Assembly: GCA_013329055.1 (NCBI GenBank)
Contig: DUKY01000011.1
Coordinates: 16,096 to 80,095, forward strand
From: Nanobdellota archaeon
Lineage (GTDB): Archaea > Nanobdellota > Nanobdellia > Pacearchaeales > GW2011-AR1
Length of the DNA stretch: 64,000 nucleotides
Direction of reading: 5' to 3'
Shown: positions 17,386 through 26,107 of the stretch, one piece after another
How the letters are laid out: the number at the start of each line of letters is the position of its first letter
Numbering within the stretch: the stretch's first letter is position 1
Made by a program: the position numbers and the translations under genes
The notes under the pieces: generated by a model
What the model was told of the DNA's origin: nothing
The model's database searches: none
Seen by the model: the letters and a program-made list of their open reading frames with translations, nothing else

Positions 17386-18120
17386 ATGCCAATTAATCAT
17401 ATTACTGGAAATGCTATAATGGGCAAGCAAATGATTTCTCAGTTTGCATCTTGTGGTTTTATGCTTGAAATTTTATATTCTTTTGTAATTATTGTTTGCA
17501 GTTTAATGATTTATTTTGGTACAAAAGAATTATACGAATTAAGTTCTCATAAAGGAATTAAATATTTTAGATTATCTTTTCTTTTTTTTGCTATTGCTTA
17601 TTTTTTCAGGTCTTTTATTAAATTTGTAGTTATTTATTTTAATATTGAATCAATTTTTAATTTTTCTCCTAAGACTTTTGGAATTTTATTTGGTTCTGCT
17701 ACAATGTTTGTTTTTATGTATTTTAGTGCTATGGCAATTTTTTATCTTCTTTATAGTGTAATGTGGAAAAAATTAGAAAAATCACCGAATAAAATTTATT
17801 TGTTTCATTTTTTTGCTTTTATTATTTCTTTGATTACTATAATTTTTATGAATCCGTTTGTTTATCTGTGGATGAATTTATTGTTGCTTTCTTGTGTTAT
17901 TTTTATTTATTATCTTTCAAGAAAACAATCAAAAGTTAAAAAGTCTAAACATAATCTTCACATAATTTATACTTTGCTTTTTTCATTTTGGGTTTTGAAT
18001 ATTATTGATATTTTAATTCCTACTTTTTTCAAGACTTTTCAGTTATTCATTTATCTTGCTTCTATTTTCTTATTTTTATTAATGCTTTACAAAGTTATTA
18101 AGAAAACAGGTGCAAATTAA
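17386..18120 (+). CDS. polytopic membrane protein
   Basis: 244-aa ORF with about 7 hydrophobic segments. The start codon is uncertain. Confidence 0.5.
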   Translation: MPINHITGNAIMGKQMISQFASCGFMLEILYSFVIIVCSLMIYFGTKELYELSSHKGIKYFRLSFLFFAIAYFFRSFIKFVVIYFNIESIFNFSPKTFGILFGSATMFVFMYFSAMAIFYLLYSVMWKKLEKSPNKIYLFHFFAFIISLITIIFMNPFVYLWMNLLLLSCVIFIYYLSRKQSKVKKSKHNLHIIYTLLFSFWVLNIIDILIPTFFKTFQLFIYLASIFLFLLMLYKVIKKTGAN

Positions 18121-18394
18121 AATGGTTGTTAAAAGAAATAAATTAGAAATTATTAAGGATATTTTGAATTTGATTAATAAAAATCATAATTTGATAAAAT
18201 ATACTCCTTTACTCCGGCAGTCAAATATTTCTTCTTCTCGTTTTAAAGAATATTACATTGAGCTTTTGAAAAAAGATTTTGTTAAAGAGGTTCATCAAAA
18301 AAGAGAGAAATTTGTTTCTTTAACTGAAAAAGGGTTTAAGTTTTTAGAAAAATACGAAGTTATTGTTAATTTTATTGAAGAGTTTGAACTTTGA
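18110..18394 (+). CDS. small winged-helix DNA-binding protein
   Basis: 94 aa. The pattern RNKLEIIKDIL...YTPLLRQSNISSSRFKEYYIELLKKDFV...LTEKGFKFL resembles archaeal HTH_45/COG3432-type regulators. Confidence 0.5.
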   Translation: MQIKMVVKRNKLEIIKDILNLINKNHNLIKYTPLLRQSNISSSRFKEYYIELLKKDFVKEVHQKREKFVSLTEKGFKFLEKYEVIVNFIEEFEL

Positions 18395-18436
18395 AGTCAT
18401 CAAAACACTTATAATTCCATTTGATTATTAATTATA

Positions 18437-19933
18437 ATGAATAAAACATTTAAGGAACTTGGATTGTCTCCTCAATTTATTGAAATTTTAGAAAAGAATA
18501 AAATTATTGTTCCTACTGAGATTCAAGAGAAAGCAATTCCTTTAGCTATGAAGAGAATTGATATTATCGGAGTCTCTTCTACAGGGAGTGGTAAAACATT
18601 GGTTTTTGTTGCCCCGATTATCGAACAAGCTAAGGCTGGTGAAGGTATTATTGCGTTAATTTTAGTTCCGACCCGTGAATTGGCTGAACAAGTAGCGACG
18701 GAATTTCGTAAATTTTCGAATAAAAAGAATTTCCAGATTGGAAATTCTTTTGTATTCCCTACTTCTACGCAGCAAAGCTGCGAAAAGAAACAATCAGTAG
18801 GGAATAAAAAACTGAAAATATTTTCTGTATATGGCGGGGTTAGTATTGAAGAACATGTTAAAAAAATTGTAAATGCTGATGTTGTTGTTGCGACTCCCGG
18901 AAGATTATTAGATTTGATGAATCGTAATGCTGTTGATTTAACAAAAATTGAAACTTTAGTTATTGATGAATTTGATCGTATGCTTGATATGGGTTTTGTT
19001 CCGGATGTGGATTTAATTGTTAAAAAATGTCCAACTAAAAGACATACCATGCTTTTTTCTGCTACGGACTCAAAAAAAATTAGTTCTATTGTTCAGGAAT
19101 ATGTTATGAACCCAAAAAGAATATTTGCTCAGGCTCATGTTGAAGCATCAAAACTTGAACAAAGTTATTATTATACAAAAAATGATTCAAAACTTTCGCT
19201 TTTAGTTTATCTATTAAATGATAAAAAGCCGGAAAGTTCTATTATATTTTGCTCTACTCGTACTGATACTGATTTTGTAGGAAAGGGTTTAGAGTCGCTG
19301 GGTTTTAATGTTAAGATTCTTCATGGCGGGCTTGATCAGAAAAAAAGAACCAGAATTTTAAAAGAGTTTCATAAAAATGCCGGTATTTTAGTTTGCACTG
19401 ATGTTGCTTCTCGTGGTCTTGATATTAAAAATGTTAATTATATTTTTAATTATGATATTCCTCGAACAAGAGAGGGTTATATTCATCGTATTGGACGAAC
19501 AGCCAGGGCTGGAAAAGGCGGTCATGCTATAAGTATTATTTCCACTAAAGATATGCCGTTATTTCGTCAAATTTTAGAAATTAAAGAATTTGAAATTGAA
19601 GAGAAGGAACTTCCTTTTCTTGAGAAAATTATTGATTTTAGTGATTTTGAAAATCCTGAAAAAAAGAAAAAAAAGAGTCGTGGTGCTGGTCGGAAAAAAA
19701 TTAAGGAAAGGAGAAGAAAAAAAGGTTTAAGATGGGTTTCTATTGATGATCCTAATTTGAGTAATCGTGAAAGAAAAAGAAGTGTTAATCATTTTGAAAA
19801 TGATGAGCCTGAATTTACGAAAAGGAAATATAAAAAAATTAAACGTAAATTTGGTAGTTATGGTGGAAAGCGTGGATTTAAGAAAAAATCTAATAGACCG
19901 AAGGGGCGAGCCAATAGAAAGACGAGGAAATAA
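18437..19933 (+). CDS. DEAD-box RNA helicase with basic C-terminal tail
   Basis: Q-motif region, SSTGSGKT (I), PTRELA (Ia), TPGR, VIDEFDRM (II, DEFD variant), SAT (III), HRIGRTARAG (VI), and a Lys/Arg-rich tail. Confidence 0.9.
   Translation: MNKTFKELGLSPQFIEILEKNKIIVPTEIQEKAIPLAMKRIDIIGVSSTGSGKTLVFVAPIIEQAKAGEGIIALILVPTRELAEQVATEFRKFSNKKNFQIGNSFVFPTSTQQSCEKKQSVGNKKLKIFSVYGGVSIEEHVKKIVNADVVVATPGRLLDLMNRNAVDLTKIETLVIDEFDRMLDMGFVPDVDLIVKKCPTKRHTMLFSATDSKKISSIVQEYVMNPKRIFAQAHVEASKLEQSYYYTKNDSKLSLLVYLLNDKKPESSIIFCSTRTDTDFVGKGLESLGFNVKILHGGLDQKKRTRILKEFHKNAGILVCTDVASRGLDIKNVNYIFNYDIPRTREGYIHRIGRTARAGKGGHAISIISTKDMPLFRQILEIKEFEIEEKELPFLEKIIDFSDFENPEKKKKKSRGAGRKKIKERRRKKGLRWVSIDDPNLSNRERKRSVNHFENDEPEFTKRKYKKIKRKFGSYGGKRGFKKKSNRPKGRANRKTRK
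18727..18810 (+). other. 84-nt hairpin-rich in-frame insertion flanked by 9-nt direct repeats
   Basis: GAATAAAAA occurs at 18718-18726 and 18802-18810. Perfect hairpins: 18727-18735/18739-18747 (9 bp), 18753-18763/18796-18806 (11 bp), 18768-18773/18777-18782 (6 bp). Confidence 0.6.
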
Positions 19934-20091
19934 AAATATTTAAAAATTTATTTGGTGATGTGGGGTTTTTGTAACTGTTTGATGTATTTTTATCCTTCCT
20001 AATTGCCTGTCTATATCCTCTACACTTTAAATGCAATAATCAATAGATTGTCAAATCTAATAATTCAATAATCATCTTACTTTTTTCAAAA

Positions 20092-20583
20092 TTAATATAA
20101 GAAAAATCTTAAATATGTTTTTGTTGGGTCTAATTTTATTTCAAAAGGATTTAATCTTTCAGTAAATCTTTCTTTTGCTGAATTTATTAAATTTTCTAAT
20201 TCTCCCTGTTGAACATCAATAATTCTTCCGGAATGATTAAGATAATTAAAAGTATTTACGTCATCAATCATATCTCTTCCTGAAAATTCTTTGAATAAAT
20301 AAATCAGTGAAACCGGAACTATTGTGTCATCATTCGCTTTTGTTAAATCTAAATGGAAATCAGAATTTGTTAATACAGATTTGTGATTAACAGATTTTAC
20401 TTCAAAACCAAAATCTTTTTGTGAGGGATAAATTATATGCCCATTAATAGTTAAATATTTGCTTGGCTTTACTTGATATAATTTTTGGGTCAATTCATCC
20501 GGCACATAATTATGTGCTTGCGTATCTATATCTGTAACTAAAGATAAATACAAATCCCAATTAGTGGTTTTTTTTATATTCAT
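20092..20583 (-). CDS. hypothetical protein
   Basis: 163-aa ORF, no motif recognised. Confidence 0.4.
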   Translation of the reverse strand: MNIKKTTNWDLYLSLVTDIDTQAHNYVPDELTQKLYQVKPSKYLTINGHIIYPSQKDFGFEVKSVNHKSVLTNSDFHLDLTKANDDTIVPVSLIYLFKEFSGRDMIDDVNTFNYLNHSGRIIDVQQGELENLINSAKERFTERLNPFEIKLDPTKTYLRFFLY

Positions 20584-20776
20584 AAAAAAATAAAATATAT
20601 TGGGTATATAAATTTTGCTTCTGTGGACAGAACAGGTGGTTGGAAGACAATATCGTATAATTATGTTAGTTTCTCGTTTCGAAGTGACTGAATTAGAAAA
20701 TTTAAAGCTTTCGAAGAGTAAAAAAGAACTTGGAGGGTAGGAAAATTCGGTTTTCGCTAAGAGATTGCTTCTTAGA

Positions 20777-21313
20777 TTAGATCAGATCAGAATAATGTAC
20801 ATAAGGAATTATTGATTCTTCATCATGAAGAGTATTACCCTCTGTAGTCAGGGAGGCAGGAATAACCTCCTCACCTTCTAGATTACAAATCCTTATTAGA
20901 TAATTATTATCCCCAGCAAAATTTAGACAATCTTGTTTTTCCATTTCATTTTCAGCATTTCCTCGAAGACACCATGCTGTTGATCCCTTAAATGCAAATT
21001 TGTAACATAGTTCTACTTTTTCTTCATGAGTTAGATTAGTATTAGCAAAAGTGCTAATTAATAGCCCCTCATAAAATTTTAGTTTGCCAGTATAGTAACA
21101 TCCCCTATCATAATATCTGTAAGGAAAACAACTATCTTTCAAATTACTGCTAATAATATATTTGTTACCTCTTTCTATTTCATCAAGAAGTGTTTTATAT
21201 TCAGCACTATAAATTTTTTCTGGTTGTTTTTGTGAATTATTAAATAAAATAAATCCAACGGTAATAATTACTATTAAAACTATTATAGAAGTTATTATGA
21301 TCCTATTCTTCAT
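20777..21313 (-). CDS. membrane-anchored Cys-containing hypothetical protein
   Basis: 178-aa ORF with an N-terminal TM helix (RIIITSIIVLIVIITVGFILF). Confidence 0.4.
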   Translation of the reverse strand: MKNRIIITSIIVLIVIITVGFILFNNSQKQPEKIYSAEYKTLLDEIERGNKYIISSNLKDSCFPYRYYDRGCYYTGKLKFYEGLLISTFANTNLTHEEKVELCYKFAFKGSTAWCLRGNAENEMEKQDCLNFAGDNNYLIRICNLEGEEVIPASLTTEGNTLHDEESIIPYVHYSDLI

Positions 21314-21432
21314 AAGTCGTTAAATATTTGTGTGTTTTAAAGCTTTTTGTATTTTTGGGCTTTGTGTATAAATTCAAGAATTAACTTCTAACAACAATAT
21401 AAATTTTTTTGCCAAACTTAGTAATATTATTT

Positions 21433-21795
21433 TCAAGGAAGAATTTCATATCCATCTTTTGTTGATTGAAGAATTATTTGTTTTGGTTTTTCAGGAGATT
21501 TATCTAAAAAGTGTGGCATTACAACTAATTTATCGATTGTTCTTAAATTAACAGTATCTATATGTTTTCCATTTACTTGCCTTGCAATTTCTTCTCCAAT
21601 ATCATGAGATACTCCAATATATGCTCTTTCAACGGGATATTTGACATCTCCGACACCAGTTAAATAAACAAATTCTTCTGAAAGTATTGGATATAGAAAT
21701 ACATTGTAGGATTCTTCTTTGTTTTGTCTTGTGATTACAGTAGCTAATTCTCCTCTATGATTCTCTTGTATTTGTCCCCCAAAAAAAGCTCTCAT
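21433..21795 (-). CDS. hypothetical protein
   Basis: 120-aa ORF, no motif recognised. Confidence 0.4.
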   Translation of the reverse strand: MRAFFGGQIQENHRGELATVITRQNKEESYNVFLYPILSEEFVYLTGVGDVKYPVERAYIGVSHDIGEEIARQVNGKHIDTVNLRTIDKLVVMPHFLDKSPEKPKQIILQSTKDGYEILP

Positions 21796-21905
21796 AAAAA
21801 CAAAAACGAGGATTAATTTATAAATCTTTCTTAAAAAAATAAAATAAAAAAAATCCCCCAGGATTTCTCCTTGAGGTTTTTATTATAAAAAAATAAATTA
21901 AAATT

Positions 21906-22661
21906 TTATTTTAATTCAAAAGTTGCACTAACACTTGCTGTTACTTCTTTTTCTCCAGGTTGAATATTTGTTGCTTCAACTTTTGCAAGAGCATAATCTT
22001 CTGCAACTCCCATTCCTCTTGTTGAATAAACATTCCATGGATAATAACCGAAATCATTAACGCTTGTAGAGATTAAATCTCCTACTTCTTTGTTAAATCC
22101 TTCTGCAACAGCTTCTGCTTTAATTCTTGCATCTTCTGCTGCAAGTTTCATAGCTTCTGCTTTATATTGGTTTTGAAGTTTTTGACTTAATTCAAAATTA
22201 ATGTAACTTATTCCTGCACCTGCGTTAGCACCTGCATCAATAATGCTACCTAATTTATCTGAATCTTCTGAATCAATTTCAACTCTTATTGAATGAGTTG
22301 CTTTGAATCCTTTATCAATTTGCTTGCCATCTTTATCCCATTCATAATTAGGATAAATATTGTAATTTTCAGTTACAATGTTTTTTCTTTCAAAACCTTG
22401 TTTTAATAATTCAGTAATTAATTCATCTAATATCAAAGAATTTGCATCTTTTGCTTCTTCACTTGTATTTCCTGTTGTTTCAATGTTAAAATAAACACTG
22501 ATTACATCCGGCATTGCTTTTACTGTTGCCAAACCTTGAACATTAACACTATTCTTTCCAGGATTAACTGCTGAATTAAAAATATATAATGTTGAAAAAG
22601 CAATTATTAGTACAACTACTGAAATTATTGTTGTTATTTGTACTGCTGTATTTTTTATCAT
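21906..22661 (-). CDS. SIMPL/DUF541-family secreted protein
   Basis: N-terminal anchor followed by GLATVKAMPDVISVYFNIETTG... The length and pattern are typical of the SIMPL (26-kDa periplasmic immunogenic protein) family. Confidence 0.65.
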   Translation of the reverse strand: MIKNTAVQITTIISVVVLIIAFSTLYIFNSAVNPGKNSVNVQGLATVKAMPDVISVYFNIETTGNTSEEAKDANSLILDELITELLKQGFERKNIVTENYNIYPNYEWDKDGKQIDKGFKATHSIRVEIDSEDSDKLGSIIDAGANAGAGISYINFELSQKLQNQYKAEAMKLAAEDARIKAEAVAEGFNKEVGDLISTSVNDFGYYPWNVYSTRGMGVAEDYALAKVEATNIQPGEKEVTASVSATFELK

Positions 22662-22676
22662 GTATCTTTAACCTCC

Positions 22677-23294
22677 TTACAATTTTCTCCAATTTAATAT
22701 TGTAAAAATTAAGATCGCCGTTAATGAACCAGCTAAAAACCATGTCCATAATGGATTTATCGGGGAATACACAAAATTTTCTATTGAATTTATTGTTACA
22801 TCTCTTGCTGTATCTGTTGCAATTTGCGGTGTTCCTGCAAAAGAACCTTTAGCCATTTCCGAAGAACTTAATGTTTGAATATTCGCTAATGAATTTGTTA
22901 TTTTTTCATAAACATAAACTGCAAATGTTAATGAACCGGTTAATAAGAAAACAGGTAATAATGATTTAAGTTTTGAAAATATTTCAGTTGTATCTTTTGG
23001 AGCAATTATTATTGATTTATTTGATAGTTCATACATTATAATCTTTTTACCTTTACTGCTCCAAAAAAAGTTTTTTCTTTTTTGGATTATTTGTGATTCA
23101 AGAAGTTTTTTTAAGTTGTAATCTACAGTATTCATTGCTAAACCTAATTTGTCAGAAATTTCTTTTGCATTTGCTTCTTTTACTGTTGTTAGATAACTAA
23201 TTATTTTTTTAGAGGTTTCACTGCTTAGAACTTCTGCAATTTTTTTGAGTTTAGAATCTTTTAAAGATACTAACATAAAATTTTCATCTGTCAT
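22677..23294 (-). CDS. ArsR-like winged-HTH protein with C-terminal TM segments
   Basis: KIAEVLSSETSKKIISYLTT..ANAKEISDKLGLAMNTVDYNLKKLLESQII, plus two hydrophobic helices. Confidence 0.5.
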   Translation of the reverse strand: MTDENFMLVSLKDSKLKKIAEVLSSETSKKIISYLTTVKEANAKEISDKLGLAMNTVDYNLKKLLESQIIQKRKNFFWSSKGKKIIMYELSNKSIIIAPKDTTEIFSKLKSLLPVFLLTGSLTFAVYVYEKITNSLANIQTLSSSEMAKGSFAGTPQIATDTARDVTINSIENFVYSPINPLWTWFLAGSLTAILIFTILNWRKL

Positions 23295-23337
23295 GAATAT
23301 ATTTTAGATAATATACTTTATAAATAATTTGAAAGAT

Positions 23338-24186
23338 TCAATTTGATTTGAAGTTATTACACACAATCTCTGAAATAAAAGGTCTGGATTTATGAATATT
23401 TATTTTTTTTATTTTTTTTATTTTTTTTGAAATATTTTTTGAATTTCCTTCAACTGAAGCAAAAAATAATTTTCTTGGTTTTAATGGCAAAATTGAAAAA
23501 ATAACACTACTTGCTGTTTTGCCTGTATCAATACAATCATTAATTATTAATATTTCTTTTTTAATTTTTTCTTTAAAATCTTTTTTTTGTTGATAATCTG
23601 GGATCATTAATTGAGAATCATTTTCTTTAACATGAGAATATCTTGCAACTATTAAATCATCAATATTTGTTAAATTCATTGCTAAATAAGCGGGTTCAAA
23701 ACCACCGTTAGCAATGCACATTAGACTGGTTGGATCTATAGTTTTTGCTTTTAATTCTTCCTGAAGAATCAATCCAAAATTTTGAATATCTCCTTCACGA
23801 TAATTTAAATATCTTGATTTAGCTTTTCTTGAAGTATTACCATATTCTAAAATTTGTTCTGCAGAAGGTAAAATAATTTCTCTAACCTGATTCATATCAA
23901 TTCCTTCTCCACTATAAAATTGTCTAATTGATATTTTCCCTGCTTTTATTAATTTGTCCAATGTTTCTCTTTGTGATTTCCATTTTTGTTCCTGAACTGG
24001 TGAAGAAATTAATCCATCATGATATAATTGAGTAATAGCCAGTAGTTGTTCTTTAAAATCAATTATATTTTCTTCCCCTTCAATTTTTCGAATTAAATTT
24101 TCTAAATAATCTCTATTCTTTTCATTTGAGAAATTTATTTCTGTGTTATAATAATCATATAAATTTATTTTTGCTAATTTTATCAT
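23338..24186 (-). CDS. phosphoribosyltransferase-domain protein, paralog 1
   Basis: PRPP-binding loop ILIINDCIDTGKTA. The N-terminal roughly 150 aa are shared with paralog 2. Confidence 0.55.
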   Translation of the reverse strand: MIKLAKINLYDYYNTEINFSNEKNRDYLENLIRKIEGEENIIDFKEQLLAITQLYHDGLISSPVQEQKWKSQRETLDKLIKAGKISIRQFYSGEGIDMNQVREIILPSAEQILEYGNTSRKAKSRYLNYREGDIQNFGLILQEELKAKTIDPTSLMCIANGGFEPAYLAMNLTNIDDLIVARYSHVKENDSQLMIPDYQQKKDFKEKIKKEILIINDCIDTGKTASSVIFSILPLKPRKLFFASVEGNSKNISKKIKKIKKINIHKSRPFISEIVCNNFKSN

Positions 24187-24250
24187 ATCATAAACATTAT
24201 TTTAATAATTTATAAATCTTTCGTAATGTTATTCCTTAATAATAGTTACA

Positions 24251-24295
24251 ATATTAAAACTTCATCAATTTGCACTTTTTACAGGTATTATTTCT
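24251..24295. repeat. relic copy of the 3' end of the PP-loop ATPase gene
   Basis: 45 nt with 2 mismatches versus 25205-25249 (the last codons ...CKKCKLMKF* of ORF 25208-26029). Confidence 0.85.
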
Positions 24296-24298
24296 TGA

Positions 24299-25144
24299 CT
24301 ATTGTACTTCTATTATCATCGGTTCATAAGGACTAAAGACTTTTTGGATTTTTATTTTTGTATCTGCTATTTTCCCGTTTGTATCACCCCTAATTGATGT
24401 GAAAAATATTTTTTTGGGTTTTAATTCTCCTACTGATTTAATTACTTTTTCTGCAGTTTTACCACTGCAACACCAATCATCAACAATTAAAACTTCTTCT
24501 TGATTTTCAATTCTATTTTGTAGATAATTTTTTGGTGATAGTTTTGGTAGCATTAATTCTGAATCATTTTTTGAAGTCTGCGAGTATCTTACTACAGTCA
24601 AATCATTTAACCCAGTTAATCCCATTGCTAAATATGCAGGTTCAAAACTTCCATTTGCAATAGCAATTATCTCTGTTGGTTTTATATTTTCTCTATATAA
24701 TTCTTGCTGTAATTTAAATCCAAAAGTTTGAATTTCTTTTTCTAATTCAAATAAATGTCTAATTTTTGATTTTATTCTTGTTTCACCAAATTTTAAAATA
24801 TTTTCTGTATAAGGTAAAATTATTTCTCTTATTTGATTCATATTTATTCCTTCTCCACTATAAAATTGTCCTATTGAAATTTTTCCTGCTTTTATTAATT
24901 GATCTAATGTTTCTTTTTGAGATTCCCAAACAGAACTTTGGGTTATATTTTCTTCAACTTGCTTAGAAATTAAACCGTCATGATATAACTGTGTTATTCC
25001 AAAAATATGTTCTTTAAAACTAATTATATTTTTTTCTTTTTCAAAATCCAGAATTAAATTTTCCAGGTAATTACGCTCAATTTTTGAAGAATTAATTTCT
25101 TTTTCATAAGAGCTATACAAATCTATCTGGGGTAATATTTGCAT
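24299..25144 (-). CDS. phosphoribosyltransferase-domain protein, paralog 2
   Basis: PRPP-binding loop VLIVDDWCCSGKTA. Shares blocks with paralog 1 (ITQLYHDGLIS, LIKAGKISI.QFYSGEGI.MNQ.REIILP, ANG.FEPAYLAM). Confidence 0.55.
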   Translation of the reverse strand: MQILPQIDLYSSYEKEINSSKIERNYLENLILDFEKEKNIISFKEHIFGITQLYHDGLISKQVEENITQSSVWESQKETLDQLIKAGKISIGQFYSGEGINMNQIREIILPYTENILKFGETRIKSKIRHLFELEKEIQTFGFKLQQELYRENIKPTEIIAIANGSFEPAYLAMGLTGLNDLTVVRYSQTSKNDSELMLPKLSPKNYLQNRIENQEEVLIVDDWCCSGKTAEKVIKSVGELKPKKIFFTSIRGDTNGKIADTKIKIQKVFSPYEPMIIEVQ

Positions 25145-25207
25145 AAATCTGCTATTAGCTTAAAATTTATAAACCTTTCTATTTGTCACTTCTATTAAAT
25201 AGTAATA

Positions 25208-26029
25208 TTAAAACTTCATCAATTTGCATTTTTTACAGATATTATTTCTGGAAGGCTCACCACAGTATTGACAATATTGAATTATATTTTCTTTGCTTTT
25301 TTGTAATTTTTTCATAGTTATTTCCATATTTTTTACAATATTTTCTTTCTCTTTTGTAGAAAGTGTATTTAAGAATTTTCTTACTTCTATTCTATATGAA
25401 TCTAATGCACAAGGGCATTTATCATAAATTACAGGCAAGTTTAGTTTTTTTGTATAAGCTCTTATATCATTTTCTGCTACATAGAATAGAGGTTTTATTC
25501 GTGGAATAAATTTTTCATCCTGAATATTTTGTGTTATTGCACCGGAATTTGCACTTAATTTAGGATTGCCTTTAAAAAAGTTCATTAAAAATGTTTGAGC
25601 TTCATCGTCTAAATTATGACCCGTTGCAATTTTATCTGCTTTTAAATTTCTTGCACATTTATTAAAAATCCATTTTTTTAATACTCCGCAAATTGCACAA
25701 TTTTTAAGATTTCCTTTTGCTTGTTTTGATTGTATTGATGTTCTAAGATAGCACATTCCTGCACCCATTTCTTTTTTCATGTCATAAACATGAAGTTTTA
25801 TGTCTAAATCTTTACAGAGTTGCTCAACAGATTCTCTGCATCTTTTACTATATGTTCCAATTTCTAAATCAATATGAAAACCTTCTATATTATATCCTAA
25901 TTTTTTTAATAAATAAGCTGTAAGAGTTGAATCTTTTCCCCCTGAAAGTGCAACTAAGACTTTTTCTTTTTTATTGCACAATTTGTTTTTTTCAATCGTA
26001 TTTTTTATTTTAAGTTCTATTTTATCCAT
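25208..26029 (-). CDS. PP-loop ATPase, TtuA/NcsA/TtcA-type tRNA thiolation enzyme
   Basis: SGGKDS PP-loop, GHNLDDEAQTFLMN block, and Cys clusters (CAICG, CPC, CQYCG...CKKC). Confidence 0.8.
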   Translation of the reverse strand: MDKIELKIKNTIEKNKLCNKKEKVLVALSGGKDSTLTAYLLKKLGYNIEGFHIDLEIGTYSKRCRESVEQLCKDLDIKLHVYDMKKEMGAGMCYLRTSIQSKQAKGNLKNCAICGVLKKWIFNKCARNLKADKIATGHNLDDEAQTFLMNFFKGNPKLSANSGAITQNIQDEKFIPRIKPLFYVAENDIRAYTKKLNLPVIYDKCPCALDSYRIEVRKFLNTLSTKEKENIVKNMEITMKKLQKSKENIIQYCQYCGEPSRNNICKKCKLMKF

Positions 26030-26107
26030 GATTAATCTAAAAAAGGGTAGTTTTTAGGGTTTGTGATTTAGGTTAAATTTAAAAGAATAATATTCTTTGA
26101 ATTACAT

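Noticed and set aside
18523-19050. 175-aa ORF antisense to the DEAD-box helicase
   Set aside because: It overlaps a gene with a complete set of helicase motifs and has no motif of its own. It is an antisense artefact. The same applies to the other short antisense ORFs in the track (for example within hsdR, copA, the aCPSF1 gene and the RCC1 gene).
20584-20776. Slightly GC-richer intergenic stretch as a possible RNA gene
   Set aside because: It has no repeats, no stable stems and no conserved RNA motifs that I could identify. It contains only a 25-codon ORF.
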